DNA of 64,000 bases from Lama guanicoe (lineage: Eukaryota), in assembly GCA_013239625.1 (NCBI GenBank), contig MU053629.1, forward strand, positions 4,305,567-4,369,566, read 5' to 3'. Made by a program: the position numbers and the translations under genes. This document shows, piece by piece, positions 25,363 through 38,936 of this stretch (position 1 is its first letter; the number at the start of each line of letters is the position of its first letter). The notes beneath the pieces are model-generated. The model had not been told where the DNA came from. It did no database searches and saw only the letters and a program-made list of their open reading frames with translations.

Positions 25363-25835
25363 GTGGGAAATGGGCCTCTCCTGGCCCTGCCCAGCTAAGA
25401 CCCCTGGAGCGAGGCGCAGCAGCGCCCATCCACTCGCGCCCATCCACTTGTAGCGCCGCCCCCAGCCGGCCTCCAACACGCGAGGGGCAGCGCCCCTCAG
25501 AGGACTCCCAGATTTGCCAATCTCGCCGGCCAGCCTCACACACCTCCGGAGCCTGACCCTGGAGGGTGAGCTTCAGAAGCACGACCATTCTGCCTCTGGT
25601 AAAACTCCAGGACCGTACGCCCCACCTAGGACCTTTACTTTGGAAAAATTCATCTTACAATGGGGCACCATCTTTAAATGTTAATGTTCTGAAAATTTTG
25701 AATCCATGATGTAGGGGAGTAAGTAAGATACAAATCAGACACATTGGAGAAGTGATAAGAAATTCGGGGAGAAATTGAAATATATGAACTGCTTTTCTTA
25801 AGTACCCCAATTTTTTGGATCTAAAAGTCCCTTGC

Positions 25836-26090
25836 AAATAAATGAGTTCTGGGGATGTAATGTACAGCATGTAATTATACCTAATAATATTCTCTTGTAT
25901 GTTTGAAAGTTGCTAAGAGTAAATCGTAAAAGTTCGCATCACAAGAAAAAAGATTGTAACTGTGTGGTGATGGATGTTAACTAGATTTATTGTGGTGATC
26001 ATTTAGCAATATGTACAAATATCCAATCATGTTTTATATGTGAAACTAACATGCTGTATGTCAACTATATATGAATTAAAAATAATAAAT
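25836..26090 (+). mobile_element. 5'-truncated L1MA-like 3' end
   Basis: 13-bp TSD AAAAGTCCCTTGC at 25823-25835 and 26091-26103; TTGAAAGTTGCTAAGAG...TGTGGTGATCATTT motifs. Confidence 0.88.
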
Positions 26091-26629
26091 AAAAGTCCCT
26101 TGCTGGGGAACATGCACATGGGGAACTATATTAAAGATAAAGTCTTGCTAATCAAGTGAAAGTTTTGAGTATAGAAATGTGGCTTAAAGAAAAAAAAACT
26201 CAGGGAAATAACTTTTTCTATTCTGAGGGCGAAAAAATCAAGAAACTATTAACTCCTCCAGTATATATCAATTTGTGACAGTTACACTCAGATGTTTTGA
26301 AAATGTTAAAACCATTTTGTTTTTTCACATGTGACATTTTAAAAACATTTAACGTATATCATCACTTTTAACTCATATTTAGCTCTCTTTGACTAAGGCT
26401 TGAAGTAATTTGCCTAAGGTCACTCTATCAGGACTCTACCCAGATCCGCAATGGGTCTAATTTTATCTCCTGCCAGAATCTTGGTCTCTTACCTCCCATC
26501 TGGAAGACTCTTTTAATTCACCTTTTCCAAGGTACAGACCCCTAAACTCACCAATTTCATAGACTTCACCATTATGAATCATACCCAAGTTTTCTTACCT
26601 CACCCTTTAGTATCCTTGCTTTCACCATC

Positions 26630-27280
26630 ACCCTAGAATGAGTTTAGGCAAACTGCCAAGTCTGAGGAGGTAACAGTTCCCACAAGACTGCCCTCACTTG
26701 GACACCAGACACAAGTTCAGGGTCCCTAGAACCAACCTCACTTCAGATCAACTCTCTACATATTTGGGGGGCCCCACCACCTCACATTGGCTAATTTGCT
26801 AGAGAGACTCTCAAACTCAGGAAAGCACCATGCTTACAATTATCGTGGTATTATAGCAAAAGGATACAGATTAAAATCAGCCAAGTGAAGAGATGCTTAG
26901 GGCAGGATCCAGGAGGGGTCTAAGTGCAGCTTCTGCCATCTTCTCCCTGTGGAGTCATGGAGAGCATTACCTCCTTCCAACCATGATGTGCAACAACATG
27001 CATAGATTATTGCCAACTGGGGAAGCTTTCCCAAGATATTAGCATCCAGAGTTTTTATTGGGGCTCGATCACACTGCCCATTTGGCTGACTTTTAGTTTT
27101 CAGTCCTTCCCAGAGGACAGACTAATGATTTCAGTCTAACTCCTCTAGAGGTTGGAACTGACAGCATGGCTGAAAGCCCCTATCATAAAAGACACCACTA
27201 TCAAGCAGGGCCCTCCAGGGGCCTAGAGATCACCTCCCAGTGTCCAAGGGCAAAGGCCAGACCTCTCTTTGGGAAGAGCT
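26630..27280. mobile_element. MER21-like ERV LTR
   Basis: CAAGACTGCCCTCACTT, AAAGGATACAGATTAAAATCAGCCAAG, CCAGAGTTTTTATTGGGG, GGCAAAGGCCAGACCTCTCTTTGGG. Confidence 0.8.
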
Positions 27281-27972
27281 AAGAATAGTCATATCCATAT
27301 TGATCAGCATCCTCGCTTGCTTGAAAGGGTTATTTTGTACACACTAAGTGCAGAGAAGGAGAGGCTACATGTTAACCTGGTTATATTGAGGCTGATCTTG
27401 ATACAGTATCAAATTCTCCCTGGTACTATGTAGAATATGTATACTGAGGAAATGTGTAAGACCCGCTGTTTTTCCCCTATGACCTGAATTTGTGTGAGCG
27501 TGTCAGCACACTCAGACATGCCAACGTGGGTCCACTTTGACCTGGAGCTGTGATCAGTTCCCTTCACACAGGCTCCCAACAGGCCGTACATCTAGAGAAA
27601 AGGATGCTTAGGTAGGCAAGTTGGAATACTGAGGTCTGACCTTGGCAACGTCTTTGCCAGGTGGGTAACTGTGAGCTAGTCACTTCACCTCTCTGGACCT
27701 CAGTTTTTCTCTTCTGTTAGTTACATAGCTTAGATGAGAACCACCTCTGACTAAATTGACCCAATTTCCCCCAAGATACGTAATTGTTCTTTACTGTAAA
27801 GTGGGCTTCCTTTACTGTTAGCCTAGGCAATCAAATAGTTTCTTTATACATATATTGTGTATGTATTTTTCTAAACAATAAAAGCAGAGATGCTTAATTC
27901 AAATCTCTCCTTGCTTTACCCTAATATATTAGGTCTGTGTCTCAATGAAATAGGTTAAACAGCTCTTTAGAC

Positions 27973-28169
27973 CAGTGGTTCTCTAAGCACAGTCCTGGGA
28001 CCAGCAGCATCAGCACCAACTGGGAACGTCTAAGAAATGCGAATTCTCAGACCCCAGGCCAGACCTACTAAATCAAAAGTTCTGGGGGCGGTGGGGCAGG
28101 GGAAGGGCAGCGATGTTTGTACAAGACTTTCAGGTGACTCTCATACACACTCAAGTTTGAGAGCTATTA
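27973..28169. mobile_element. MER5A (hAT-Charlie)
   Basis: CAGTGGTTCTC start; ACCAGCAGCATCAGCA...AGAAATGCGAATTCTCAG...AAGTTTGAGA end. Confidence 0.85.
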
Positions 28170-28887
28170 CTTCAGATCGTACTGTAAAATATAAACTGTT
28201 ATATGATTGCAAAGAAAAATCAAAGCTAACACAGTATTTACCAGGTATCATGCACGGTTCTAAGTGCTATGTATTTTTTAACTCATTTAACCCTTACAAC
28301 AAAGCTATCAGATATGTACTATTATTATTTCATGTTACAGAATGGAAACTGACTAAAGATGAGCATTGTGGGTAGACTCATGTACACAGAAAATGCAAGC
28401 AATCTTCTTAAACCTTTTCAATCCGTCAATCCTGCTATAAAAGGAAAGTCTTCCCTTGCTTCTTTTTGCTCCTTTCGAGATTTAAATCCTGCATTTTTCC
28501 CTGAAATTTCACCAACCTTTAGCTTTGTATATTTACAAATATACACTTGTATATTTGTAGATATTATGCATGTACTGGTTAATGGTAAGCCATGAAGTCT
28601 TTGGATCCAGACTGCATAGATTTGAATAGTTCCACCACTTAACGAGCTGTGTTACCTTGCACGGGTTAACCTTGCACTTACCCACTTTAAATCTCAGATT
28701 CCTCAAGTATGAAATGAAGGTATATTACCTCCCTCTTAGGAGTGAACATGAACTCCCTCTTAGGAGTCTCATAGAGATTAAAATATAGGATAACACATGA
28801 AGTATAACACTCAGTAGATGTCAGCTGTTATTAGGTCTGGTCTCTTACTCTTTTAACACTCTAGTTTGTGTATGTGTTTGTGTCTTT

Positions 28888-29827
28888 GTTTTAAGTTATA
28901 GTCAGTTTACAATGTTGTGTCAATTTCCAGTGTAGAGCACAATTTTTCAGTCATACATGAATATACATATATTTATTGCCATGTTCTTTTTAACCATGAG
29001 CTACCACAAGATCTTGTATGTATTTTCCTGTGCTATACAGTACAAACTTGTTATCTATTATATATATATACCTGTCAGTATCTACAAATTTTGAACTCCC
29101 AGTCTGTCCCTTCCTACCCTCCTCCTCCCGGCAGCCACAAGGTTGTATTCTATGTCTATGAGTCTGTTTCTGTTTTATATTTAAGTTCATTTGTCTTCTT
29201 CTTCTTCTGTTTTTTTTTTTTAGATTCCACATATAAGTGATAATCATATGGTATTTTTCTTTCTCTTTCTGGCTTACTTCACTTTGAATGACGATCTCCA
29301 GGTCCATCTATGTTGCTGCAAATGGCGTTATGTTGTCATTTTTAAGGCTGAATAGTATTCCATTGTATAAATATACCACTTCTTCTTTATCCAGTCATCT
29401 GTTGATGGACATTTAGGCTGTTTCCATGTCTTGGCTATTGTAAATAGTGCCGCTATGAACATTGGGGTACAGGTGTCTTTTTGAAGTAGGGTCCCTTCTG
29501 GAGATACGTCCAGGAGCAGGATTGCTGGGTCATATGGTAAGTCTATTTCTAGTCTTTTGAGGAATCTCCACACTGTTTTCCACAGTGGCTGCACCAAACT
29601 GCATTCCCACCAGCAGTGTAGGAGGGTTCCCCTTTCTCCACAGCCTCTCCAGCGTTTGTCATTTGTGGACTTTTGAATGATGGCCATTCTGACTGGTGTG
29701 AGGTGATACCTCATTGGAGTTTTGATTTGCATTTCTCTTACAATTAGTGATATTGAGTATTTTTTCATGTGCCTATTGGTCATTCGTATGTCTTCACTGG
29801 AGAATTGCTTGTTTAGGTCTTCTGCCC
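28888..29827 (-). mobile_element. Young L1, 5'-truncated (ORF2 C-terminus plus 3' UTR)
   Basis: 151-aa ORF2 C-terminal reading frame; TSD ATGT(G/A)TTTGTGTCTTT at 28872-28887 and 29828-29843. Confidence 0.95.
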
Positions 29828-32617
29828 ATGTATTTGTGTCTTTTTAAGATTACCCTGCTTTTTTACTCTAAGTTGCTGAAAGGAAAGGAAAAATTAATTT
29901 TAAGCTGTCTTTTTCACCAAAACTACTCCATTGTTAACTAGAACTCTGAGGGTGATGCTACTTGGCAAATAAGATATGCCTTGTTTCACTGTTACGAGCT
30001 GACTTTTTGGATATCCAACTTGACCCATCACAGGACTGGGCCCGTAGATCCTGGGTGCCTGGATAACGATCTACTCATTAACTCAGTGTCCAGTAATTTA
30101 TGTTCTGTTCAAAAATGGATGCAGCTGGACTAACATTATTATTACTTAGAAAACATAATAGACGGCACAAATTAATACTAAAAATAATATTCTGAGTAAA
30201 TATCTAAAATACTTAAGAGAACAATCTTTAAATACAAATAATCAGTGCTCTTCCTGTGACTCATTAAGAAAATATGTACTTTCTATGTTTGTAATTTCCA
30301 GGGTAGTCCTGATTGTGAATCATCTGTCCCAATCAGATCATGTATCAAAACCCACGTTTTCATTTCTGGTTCAGGAAATATGATTACCGTCTCCACCTGG
30401 AGCTCGATTAGGCAGCATTTTGTTAGCTACTTGATTTTTTCACTCTCAAGCCTATAATTGTAAAAGTCTCCTTTTTACAATTGTAGCTGGGTCTTTCCTC
30501 AACAAATCAGAGTAGTGAAGTTTTGCTATAATAATAATCATCATTCTTACAACTGAACTAGAGCCAGACCCCGTGCTGAGGTCTTAGATGGACTGTCTCC
30601 TGACAGCGACTCTAGTCGGCAGGTATTAGTCTGAGTTCCAGTTTACAGAACAAGAAACTAAACTACAAAGAGGTAAAGTAACTCACCCAAAGTAATAAAT
30701 CCAGTGTGTGCTGATCCTTAAACAGGTAACAGCACATTCGTGAAACAGTCTGAGAGAAGTGCGGTGGTAACTCTGGGAAGTTTCTCATACGTTTTCTTTT
30801 ACTGTTAAATCTTAGAGGCTCTGTCTTTATACTTTACTAATAAGAATGTGGTATCTTTATACTTTATAACTATTTGTTTGACCCAAATATTAAACCTATG
30901 TTTATGCAACAAGGATTATCAAGTCTGGCAATCAAATGAGCTTGTTAATTAGTTTTGGAAATCATATTTCAAAAACCCAACAGTTGTGCATAGACACCAA
31001 CCTTGGAAATAGTGTTGCTAATTGATAGCTTAATATTACCCCTGTCTTTCCCATCAATCCCTCTGTCTGGTTTGCCAGGAGCATATGACATAAAAATGAA
31101 TGGGGAGGCAATGAGCATGACTCAGCCACACTCGATCTTTAGCCGAGATGAATAAAATGGAATTATGACACTGCTTTTGACAATCTGGAGCCTGTTTGCA
31201 TGACTCTTTTAAATTCCAGAGCAAATCTCTTCTGCATTAAATCTTTCAAGGGCTCCTTATTAAGCAGCCCCGTCCCTAAACTGTCAAAATAATAACCTTC
31301 GTCCAAGTGGGAAATGCATTTGATGATCACAGAGATGATGAGTGACACATAAAATTTCAATATGGTAGATAGGATCTATTTGAAGAAAGAACGGAGATTT
31401 AGAACTTAATCTCTTTTCTCTCAAGTCTAGTAAAACATTTCCTACAGTACTTGTCTCTACTGCAATTAAACTATCTGGCAAAGAACGTAAAAAACTCTTG
31501 AGAAAGACTGAGAGCAATTCGAATCAATGAGCATTTACTAAGTGCCAGTTATAAGCAAGGCATTTCCCCGGGTTTCACAATTTAGAAGAAGAGAATTAAC
31601 ATTTGTTCAGTGCCCTCCTATGTGGCTGGCCCTGTACAAAGCGCTTTACACAATTAAACTCATTTTATTCTCACCACTATTCTGAGAGGTAGCCCAGAAG
31701 TGGGCTTGGCCTAGAATTGCCTCTTTGTATTTTCCAAATGTCTTTGGACCACAGATAGCAAATCAGGTTGCAGCAGAAATTTGGACAGAACAATCAAAAG
31801 AAGTACCTCTTCATCCTCAGTGCCTACGAGCAGACATTAGGTGTGTTCAGACTTCAATCTGTGAGCCTCGAAGGCTTTACACGATCATCTGTAAAGTGAC
31901 CAGATGTGTCTGCCAGGCTGTGATGCCCATCAGTGAAAAGATGCAAATCTTCTGATCTTTTGAATACTTGGCTCCTCGGGAATATTCGAGAATAATCAAT
32001 AACATAGGCTGGATCACTGTGTAGGTCCAGCTGTATTAACAGAGAAAAGGTAACTGTTTCCAAATGCCTTTAGCAACCCAGTCTGCAGATTGTTAGTGGT
32101 GTGACTATTGCGGTAACAGGTGTTTTGTTCATAAATTTGCATAACAAAATGTTTCTCTTGTGGCAGCAGCCCATACAATAATTGGTGCCATCTGTATTTA
32201 TCTGTTGAAGGTTGCTTTCTAATATGAATGCAGAGAGTCTTGAGCTGTCTCATTTCCTAATGCCCATTTGATTCTGAGGGTGCTCATCCTTTCCCAGGAA
32301 AATACAAATTAAAGTAACACGTTAAAGGAATAATGTGATGTTGCTCTTTCTTCATGGATCATTTTCATTTCTGACTCCATCAAACAAAACTAAGGCCACA
32401 CCTACAGAACAGCTTCTTCAGAGAAGTAAGTGGGAAGATCCAGACAGAATGGAACACATCTCAGAACCATAAAGACAGTCCTGTTTAATGAATGCCATGC
32501 TTAAAATCAACCTTATTGTCCCTAGCAATTCAAGCAAACTAAAAACTTTAAAAAAAAAACTGTTTTAGGTGGATTGTATATGTATTCTTTCGATATTTTA
32601 TATTTTTCTACCACCAG

Positions 32618-32740
32618 GTCCATGAAGATCTTCATCAATTAAAGGAGAAATTAACCCAATTTTCACCTGAGGAAAGAGGCGAGACTCTAGACATTCAGAA
32701 TCTTGAAACGGCAATCAAAAGGACTGAAATGGGGTTAAAG
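32618..32740 (+). CDS. IQCH: IQCH coding exon 2 ([41 protein letters not shown]), 123 nt
   Basis: T-rich tract plus CCAG acceptor, AAG|GTGAGT donor, phase 0/0, open frame. Confidence 0.95.
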
Positions 32741-33942
32741 GTGAGTAAAGCTTTAGATGTTAAATAAGATCCTGCAAGGAGACAGTTTCCTCCAGAAGAA
32801 GAGAACTGTGGCTCTCACCGGCCCCTGTGGAAATCTGTCATGGAGGTGGGCTTCGTTGGCCAGCAGCTTCCCGATTCTGTTCCCTTTTAAAAACCAATTA
32901 TTAACTGATTGATTGATTGATTGATTTACATCCTGTCACATTCCACAAAGAATTTGAGGCATTGATAGTATGTGATTATGCAGTGATAACCCCTCAAGCG
33001 TGGTTTGATAAAAAGAATTTCAGATTTTAACAATAGCTACTATCAGCCCCACAGTATGCCTGACAAAAAAGGTTCATACCGATACCCTGCAGAGAGTTTC
33101 CGTCAGATTCCCTGGGGTTCTCAAAAATAAACGTTTACTTTTCCCTAATAGCTTCTGTATTTTGAGGTTAGTCACTTTCGTAGTATCGTAATCTGGTCCC
33201 TCACATGGGAAATGTAAAAGAAATATATCAATTTGGAAACAGAGAAATAAAGTAGGTAGGCATTTCATCTTGACAGACAGATCCAAGGGCACACGAGAAT
33301 CCAGTCTTCAGATGAGGATGACTATCATACATAGAACAAGGGTCTATTTGCACATGGGGCCAAATAAAGACCATCTCCATCCTCTAGACCTCTAACCATC
33401 CGGGCCTCTGCTGTTGTTTCCGACTTCCACTCTACCATGTTATTAGCTTCCTAGCTCAGCTCCTGGGCTGTAAGAGGTGCTAAATCCTGTTGCCCCATCA
33501 GACAAGCATGCCATTGTCCTGTATTACCTGATGGGGAGAGGCTGGACCCCGCTGGAGTCTTTGGGTTGGCCGTTTTAAGTAATCTGTTACCTAAAGGCCA
33601 GACTCGTTCCTCAGATGCTTGCTTGAAGTCCCTGTAAGAGAAAGACATTACCCCACATCTGTATTGCATAGCGAGCTTCCCTGGCTAGGTGTGCAGTTTA
33701 ATTTGTGACGAGTGCTACAGGTCACTTAAGCTTTGAGTCTCAATTGTTTATTATGCTTTTTGGGATAAAGTAATTTGGCTTTGAGATGCATAATGATACC
33801 TCAGGCATGTAATAAACACGTAGCGTGTTGTGTCTTTTGGCTTAATTACACCATTCAGAGGGTCAACCTCATGAAATGGAGTAAATTAGCTGAGGATCTT
33901 AAGTCCACTCTAATGGCCTAAACTTTCACTTTTCTGTAACAG

Positions 33943-34034
33943 ATTCACATTGAGAAGTATTTAAATGTTGTACACCACCACGTGTTAACGACTCCAATTG
34001 ATGGTAACTTAGATTCTTCTAAAGCTTCCAAATG
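33943..34034 (+). CDS. IQCH: IQCH coding exon 3 (IHIEKYLNVVHHHVLTTPIDGNLDSSKASK + TG), 92 nt
   Basis: AACAG acceptor, ATG|GTAAGT donor, phase 0/2; IHIEKYLNVV motif. Confidence 0.94.
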
Positions 34035-34325
34035 GTAAGTAAAGTAGCCATTTGAGGGTCCAAAAGAAGCACTTTTCTCACGCAGGTGAGATGACTGTAA
34101 AGACAAAATTTCTTTGGCTTTGTTCACAACCGTTCTGCTAATATCAGTCGTTTTGCAAAAGAAGTAATGGCAGAATTTAGACTTTAATAGTTCATTCTGT
34201 GTTACTTTGACTGCATTCTGATGCTCGACACCATGACAATTATTTCAGGGTCCTAATTTCAGTGTTATATCTTTTTCATTTTTAGTAAAGCATATCCAAA
34301 ATTCAACTCCTAAAGGAAATATTTT

Positions 34326-34798
34326 TTTCTCTTTTATTATTGAAGTATAGGTGAATTACAATGTTGTGTTAATTTCTGGTGTACAGCATAGTGATTCAAT
34401 TATACATACATGTATTCCTTTTCATACTCTTTTTTCATTATAGGCTATTACAAGGTATCGAATATAGTTTCCCATGCTATACAATAGGACCTTGTTGTTT
34501 ATCTGTTTTATATATGGTAGTTAGTATCTGCAAATCTCAAATTCCCATTTTATCCCTCCCCACCCCCTTTCTCCCCTGGTAACCATAAGTTTGTTTTTTA
34601 TGTCTGTGAATCTGTCTCTGTTTTGTAAAGAAGTTCATCTGTGTCCTTTTTTTTTTTTTAATTCCACATATAAGTGATATCATGTGGTATTTTTCTTTTT
34701 CTTTCTGGCTTACTTCACTTAGTATGATGATCTCCAGGTCCATCTATGTTGCTGCAAATGGCATTATTTTATTCTTTTTTATGGCTGAGTACTATTCC

Positions 34799-34843
<45 letters not shown>

Positions 34844-34885
34844 CTTCTTTATCCAGTCATTGGTCAATGGATATTTAGTTTGCTT
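34326..34885 (-). mobile_element. L1 3' end containing a (CA)n tract at about 34802-34841
   Basis: 16-bp TSD CTAAAGGAAATATTTT at 34310-34325 and 34886-34901; MDLEIIILSEVSQKEKEKYHMISL. Confidence 0.93.
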
Positions 34886-35228
34886 CTAAAGGAAATATTT
34901 TAATGCAAGTCAATTTTTATGTTATGTGGAACTTTCTTTACAGTTATTAGCATGTCATATGTGCTTTACTGTAAAGATGATTTTGGTGTTCAGGATAAAC
35001 AAAACAAAAATAATAAAACTTGCTTGAAATAGTCATTGTGTAATATATCCTAAGAGATGCCTTATTAAAATTAAGATTGAATTAACAAGAAATGACCTTT
35101 CCTCACCTTAGACCTTCTTACTACATACAGGCCTCCTGAATTTGAGTGTATGCAGATTAAGGTTTTTGTACTAAGCTTTAAAACCCTGTGACCCTATTTA
35201 CATTATAAATATATACCAAACATGGGGT

Positions 35229-35372
35229 GGGGAGGGTATAGCTCAGTGGTAGAGTGCTTGCTTAGCATGCAGGAGGTCCTGGGTTCAATCCCCAGTACCT
35301 CCATTAAAAAAAAAAAATAAGCAAATAAACCTAATTACCTCCCTCTCCCAAACAAACAAACAAACAAAAAAC
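35229..35372 (+). mobile_element. tRNA-Ala-derived SINE (Vic-1-like)
   Basis: TAGCTCAGTGG A box, GGTTCAATCCC B box, A-rich middle, ACCTAATTACCTCCC, (AAAC)n tail. Confidence 0.92.
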
Positions 35373-37650
35373 CCAAACAATATAACAAAAGTTTTATATA
35401 TATATCTCAAGCATAAGTGCATCGCAGCCGACAGTGCAGCTGAGATTCAAAGAGCATGCATGGAAACATGGAAATCTGGAGCCAAGCGCCAGCTCTCAGC
35501 AGCGGGGAGCAGAGCCTTGGGTGGACACTCCCCTGCCTCCCCTTCTCCCACCTGCAGGCAGTGCCACAGGCACCCATCATCCCTTGGCAGTGGCAACCCT
35601 TCCCTCGTCTGTCTAGTGTTTAGTCATTTGTATCTTAGATTTTTCTAATTTGGGGATGACAATACGACCCGCAAATAGGTTAATAAACACAACCTTTTAA
35701 AACAAGGAATCTGTAGGTAAATAACAAACGGGATTCTTAGAGAAGAAAATGTGAGCGGTTACTTTACCAACTTACACAGACTCAGTTCTAAGTCAAGAAG
35801 GCCGCCCGGGGCAAAGTGGGAGGCCTGTTTAGAGGGCAGTCAGGCGATCTGGAGTGGGTGAGGTGTCTGTGGCCAAAGGGTGGGGCATACAAGCAGCAAT
35901 AAGGAAGCCTCAGGATGGAGGCGTGGGGAAAGCAAACCGGAGAAGAGATGTCAGTCACCAACTCCCATGAACGTTCTCCTGTCCGGTCTCCAGCTTGACA
36001 AAGAACAGAGAGTCTGAGCTGTAGATTTACAAGCTGAAAACAGCAAACTAGGTAGCAGAGAACCAAACGGAAAGATTCTGGCAAAGAGCTTTGCTTGCAC
36101 CGTCTTCTTCCTGGCCAAGGAGTGTCCCTGCCCCTATTAAGGTCTGGAAGAGTGAAGAAGTCGTTAACCGGGGCGTGGAGCTGACTCTCAGAAGTGTCCT
36201 CGGCTCTTTTCTTTCCCACTCAATATAATACCATCATTGGCCCTCTATATAGGGATGATGGGAGCTGGGCAAGTTCGTTATGAGCCCTCCAAGCCTGAGG
36301 AAGCACCTCAGTCCCTGCCGTGGATTTCGGGTGCTAAAGTGGCATGCAATTTGAAAATGAAATGAGGTCGGCCAAGGTCAAAAACTGGAGAAAAGGCCAA
36401 ACCAGGTCTTCAAAGGTAGTGGGCCCCAGGCTACTCACAGTGTGAGTCACAGGGAGTGAGTGGCTCAGGCAGGAAGAGAAGCAGTAGCAGCAGATGGAAA
36501 TGGAAAACACGAGACTCAGGAGATCAGGGACGACTGCCTGTGACTGTCATGTCACCAGGTCGATAGGCATGCCTGGTTCTGCACTTGCCAGGGTGTCCCA
36601 GCAACTGTCGTGAATGGACTTGGCTTCAGAGTCTGTGGTGGCCTGCTGGGGCAGTATATGCAAAGCAGGATGCAGAACCCAGAATTCCTTCAGGCTCACC
36701 TGCCTGGGATGAGGAGGTCTGACCAATTTGTTGCATTTTTCTTCTGAAGTTCTAAGACAAAGTCCTGCCAATACCCAATAAGAAGGAGATTTTTTCACTG
36801 TTGATGGCACGACTCACTGAGAATCAGGTTACTTAGTCTCAAAACTGATCAGGAAGTCAAAGAGGGAGACTTAGCTTCATGAGAGTTTCAAACTGGGACA
36901 GAAGCTGTATGGCCTTTTATCCCACGTGGCCATCAGTCAAAGAATTTGGACATGCACTGATCATATGTGCTTACTTATTTATTTATAAATTATATATTTG
37001 TTATCATATAGAGTGAATTATTATAAAAATACCCACATAGAAATGTTTAAATAATGAGATAAAGATGAAATTAAAAAGTTGAAGTTTTTTTTTACTTTAT
37101 TCACAGCACAAAACTTCTTTCTCTTGCTAAAAAAGTTTATTAATTATAATGTTTTAGTTTCTTAATCTTATAAATCATGACGGCTTTATACTGACTATAC
37201 ACGTAGCTGAGATTCAGCATTGATGCTGGTTGGATATAAGCCCAAATTTTAGTCTTCTGGATAATTTTTAACTTTTGGGGGGTTTGGGGGGCTGACTTTT
37301 TCTAAGTTTGATTGGTTGATCACCATTTTATGGTGATGGCTAAAGAAAGGCTCATCCTGAAGAAAAGCTTTAGTTCAGTTAAAAATAAATAGCAGAATCC
37401 ACAAACCCATTCATGAGTAGACTGCAGTACATAACAATGCTCCAGAAAAAAAATGTGTACCAATGCTGGCCCCACTGTTCATGCTTCTGTGGTTTGGAGC
37501 TTGCAGTCTTAGGAAGACGTCCAGAACTGCAGGTGACGTTTTGCACGTAGAAGTTTTTATACTCTCCTCCCATGACCAATGGTACTGTCTTATGTATTAC
37601 ATGAGATGTGGACACCCTATTTGGGAGACCACAGGTCTAGAGTAATGGTT

Positions 37651-38446
37651 CTTTTTTTAAAAATTGAAGTATAGTTGATTTACAATGTTGTGTTAGTTTC
37701 AGGTGTACAGCAAAGTGATGCAGTTATACACTTTATATATATTTTTATATATAGATATGTATGTATCTTTCCCAGATTCTTTTTCATTATAGATTATTAC
37801 AAGATGCAGAGTATAGTTTTCTGTGCTATACAGTAGGTCCTTGTTGTTTATCAATTTTATACATAGTAGTGTGTATCTATTAATCTCAAGCTCCTAATTT
37901 ATCCCATCTCCTCTTCCCTTTCTCCTTCCTGTGAATTCGTTTTCTATGTCTATGAATCTCTTTCTGTTTTGTAAATCAGTTCATTTTAATCATTTTTTTA
38001 GATTCTACATATAAGTGATATCATGAAATATTTGTCTTTCTCTGTATGACTTACTTCACTTAGTGTGATAATCTCTAGGTCTATCCATGTTGCTGCAAAT
38101 GACATTCTTTCATTCTTTTTTGTGACTGAGTAATAGTCCATTAAATATATATGTGTATCAGATCTTTATCCAATCATCTGTCAATGGACACTTAAGATTG
38201 CTTCCTAGTCTTGGCTGCTAAACACTGGGGTGCATGTATATTTTCAAATTGGTGTTTCCTACAGATATATTCCCAAGAATAGGATTGCTGGATCACATGG
38301 TAACTCTATTTTTAGTATTTTAAGGAATCCCCGTACTGTTCTCCATAGTGGCTGTACCAAATACATTCCCACCAGTAGTGTAGGAGGGTTCCCTTTTCTC
38401 CACACTGTCTCCAGCATTTATTATTTATAGATTTTCTGATGATGGT
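37651..38446 (-). mobile_element. L1 3' portion (artiodactyl-type)
   Basis: Poly-T plus AATTGAAGTATAGTTGATTTACAAT; reverse complement aligns to about 39470-40226. Confidence 0.92.
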
Positions 38447-38936
38447 AGAGTAGATTTTTAAACTTTGGTTTGCAGTCCTCTTTCACTGGCTCCCAGGTGG
38501 GGTCCTGGAATCTGCATTTAGTATTTCTAGTGCAGATGATCGATGCCTGGAATCCCTGGGACAAGCATGACTCCCTGGACTTGGTATACTTTTGGCCAAA
38601 TAGAAGGCCTGCCTCTGTGTGATCAAAAGCCTGGTCCTAGAAATTCTGCTACCCCATTGCTGTGAAGGGTTTGAGCAAGCCTCTTATACAAGGATTGAGC
38701 CAGGAGTGGGACCTGGCAGTCAAGCTGGTAGGACGGCCAATGTCTGCTTACATTGTGAGTCTGATGGAGTGGCAGAGGCCAAAAGTCCATTGACAACAGA
38801 GCACGGTTCCTATGAGTAACTGAGAATCAATATTGTTCAGACACCTGAGGCTTCACTCTACAGAAACCCAGGAAACTGAGACAGTTACTCCAAATGAGTA
38901 CTATCCCTGGATACACCTTTAAAAATGATTTAGAAA

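Larger units (their letters stand above)
24600..25620. promoter_or_regulatory. CpG island / bidirectional promoter of AAGAB and IQCH
   Basis: Very GC- and CpG-rich stretch spanning both first exons; ATGs at 25045 (-) and 25312 (+); GC boxes CCCCGCCCCCGCCCCC at about 25162-25177; no TATA seen. Confidence 0.95.

Noticed and set aside
24738..25588. Long overlapping ORFs (272, 207, 127, 126, 107 aa) in the CpG island
   Set aside because: Expected from stop-codon scarcity in GC-rich DNA; low-complexity Arg/Pro/Gly/Ala content; only the spliced AAGAB and IQCH exon 1 portions are supported
29328..29783. 151-aa ORF and similar ORFs at 50519-51473, 11523-11720 and 63187-63399 as genes
   Set aside because: C-terminal L1 ORF2 fragments in 5'-truncated copies; no intact autonomous L1 in the window
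35229..35305. tRNA-Ala(AGC)-like sequences as real tRNA genes
   Set aside because: Altered 5' end, shared non-tRNA tail, A-rich ends, TSDs and seven diverged copies identify them as SINEs
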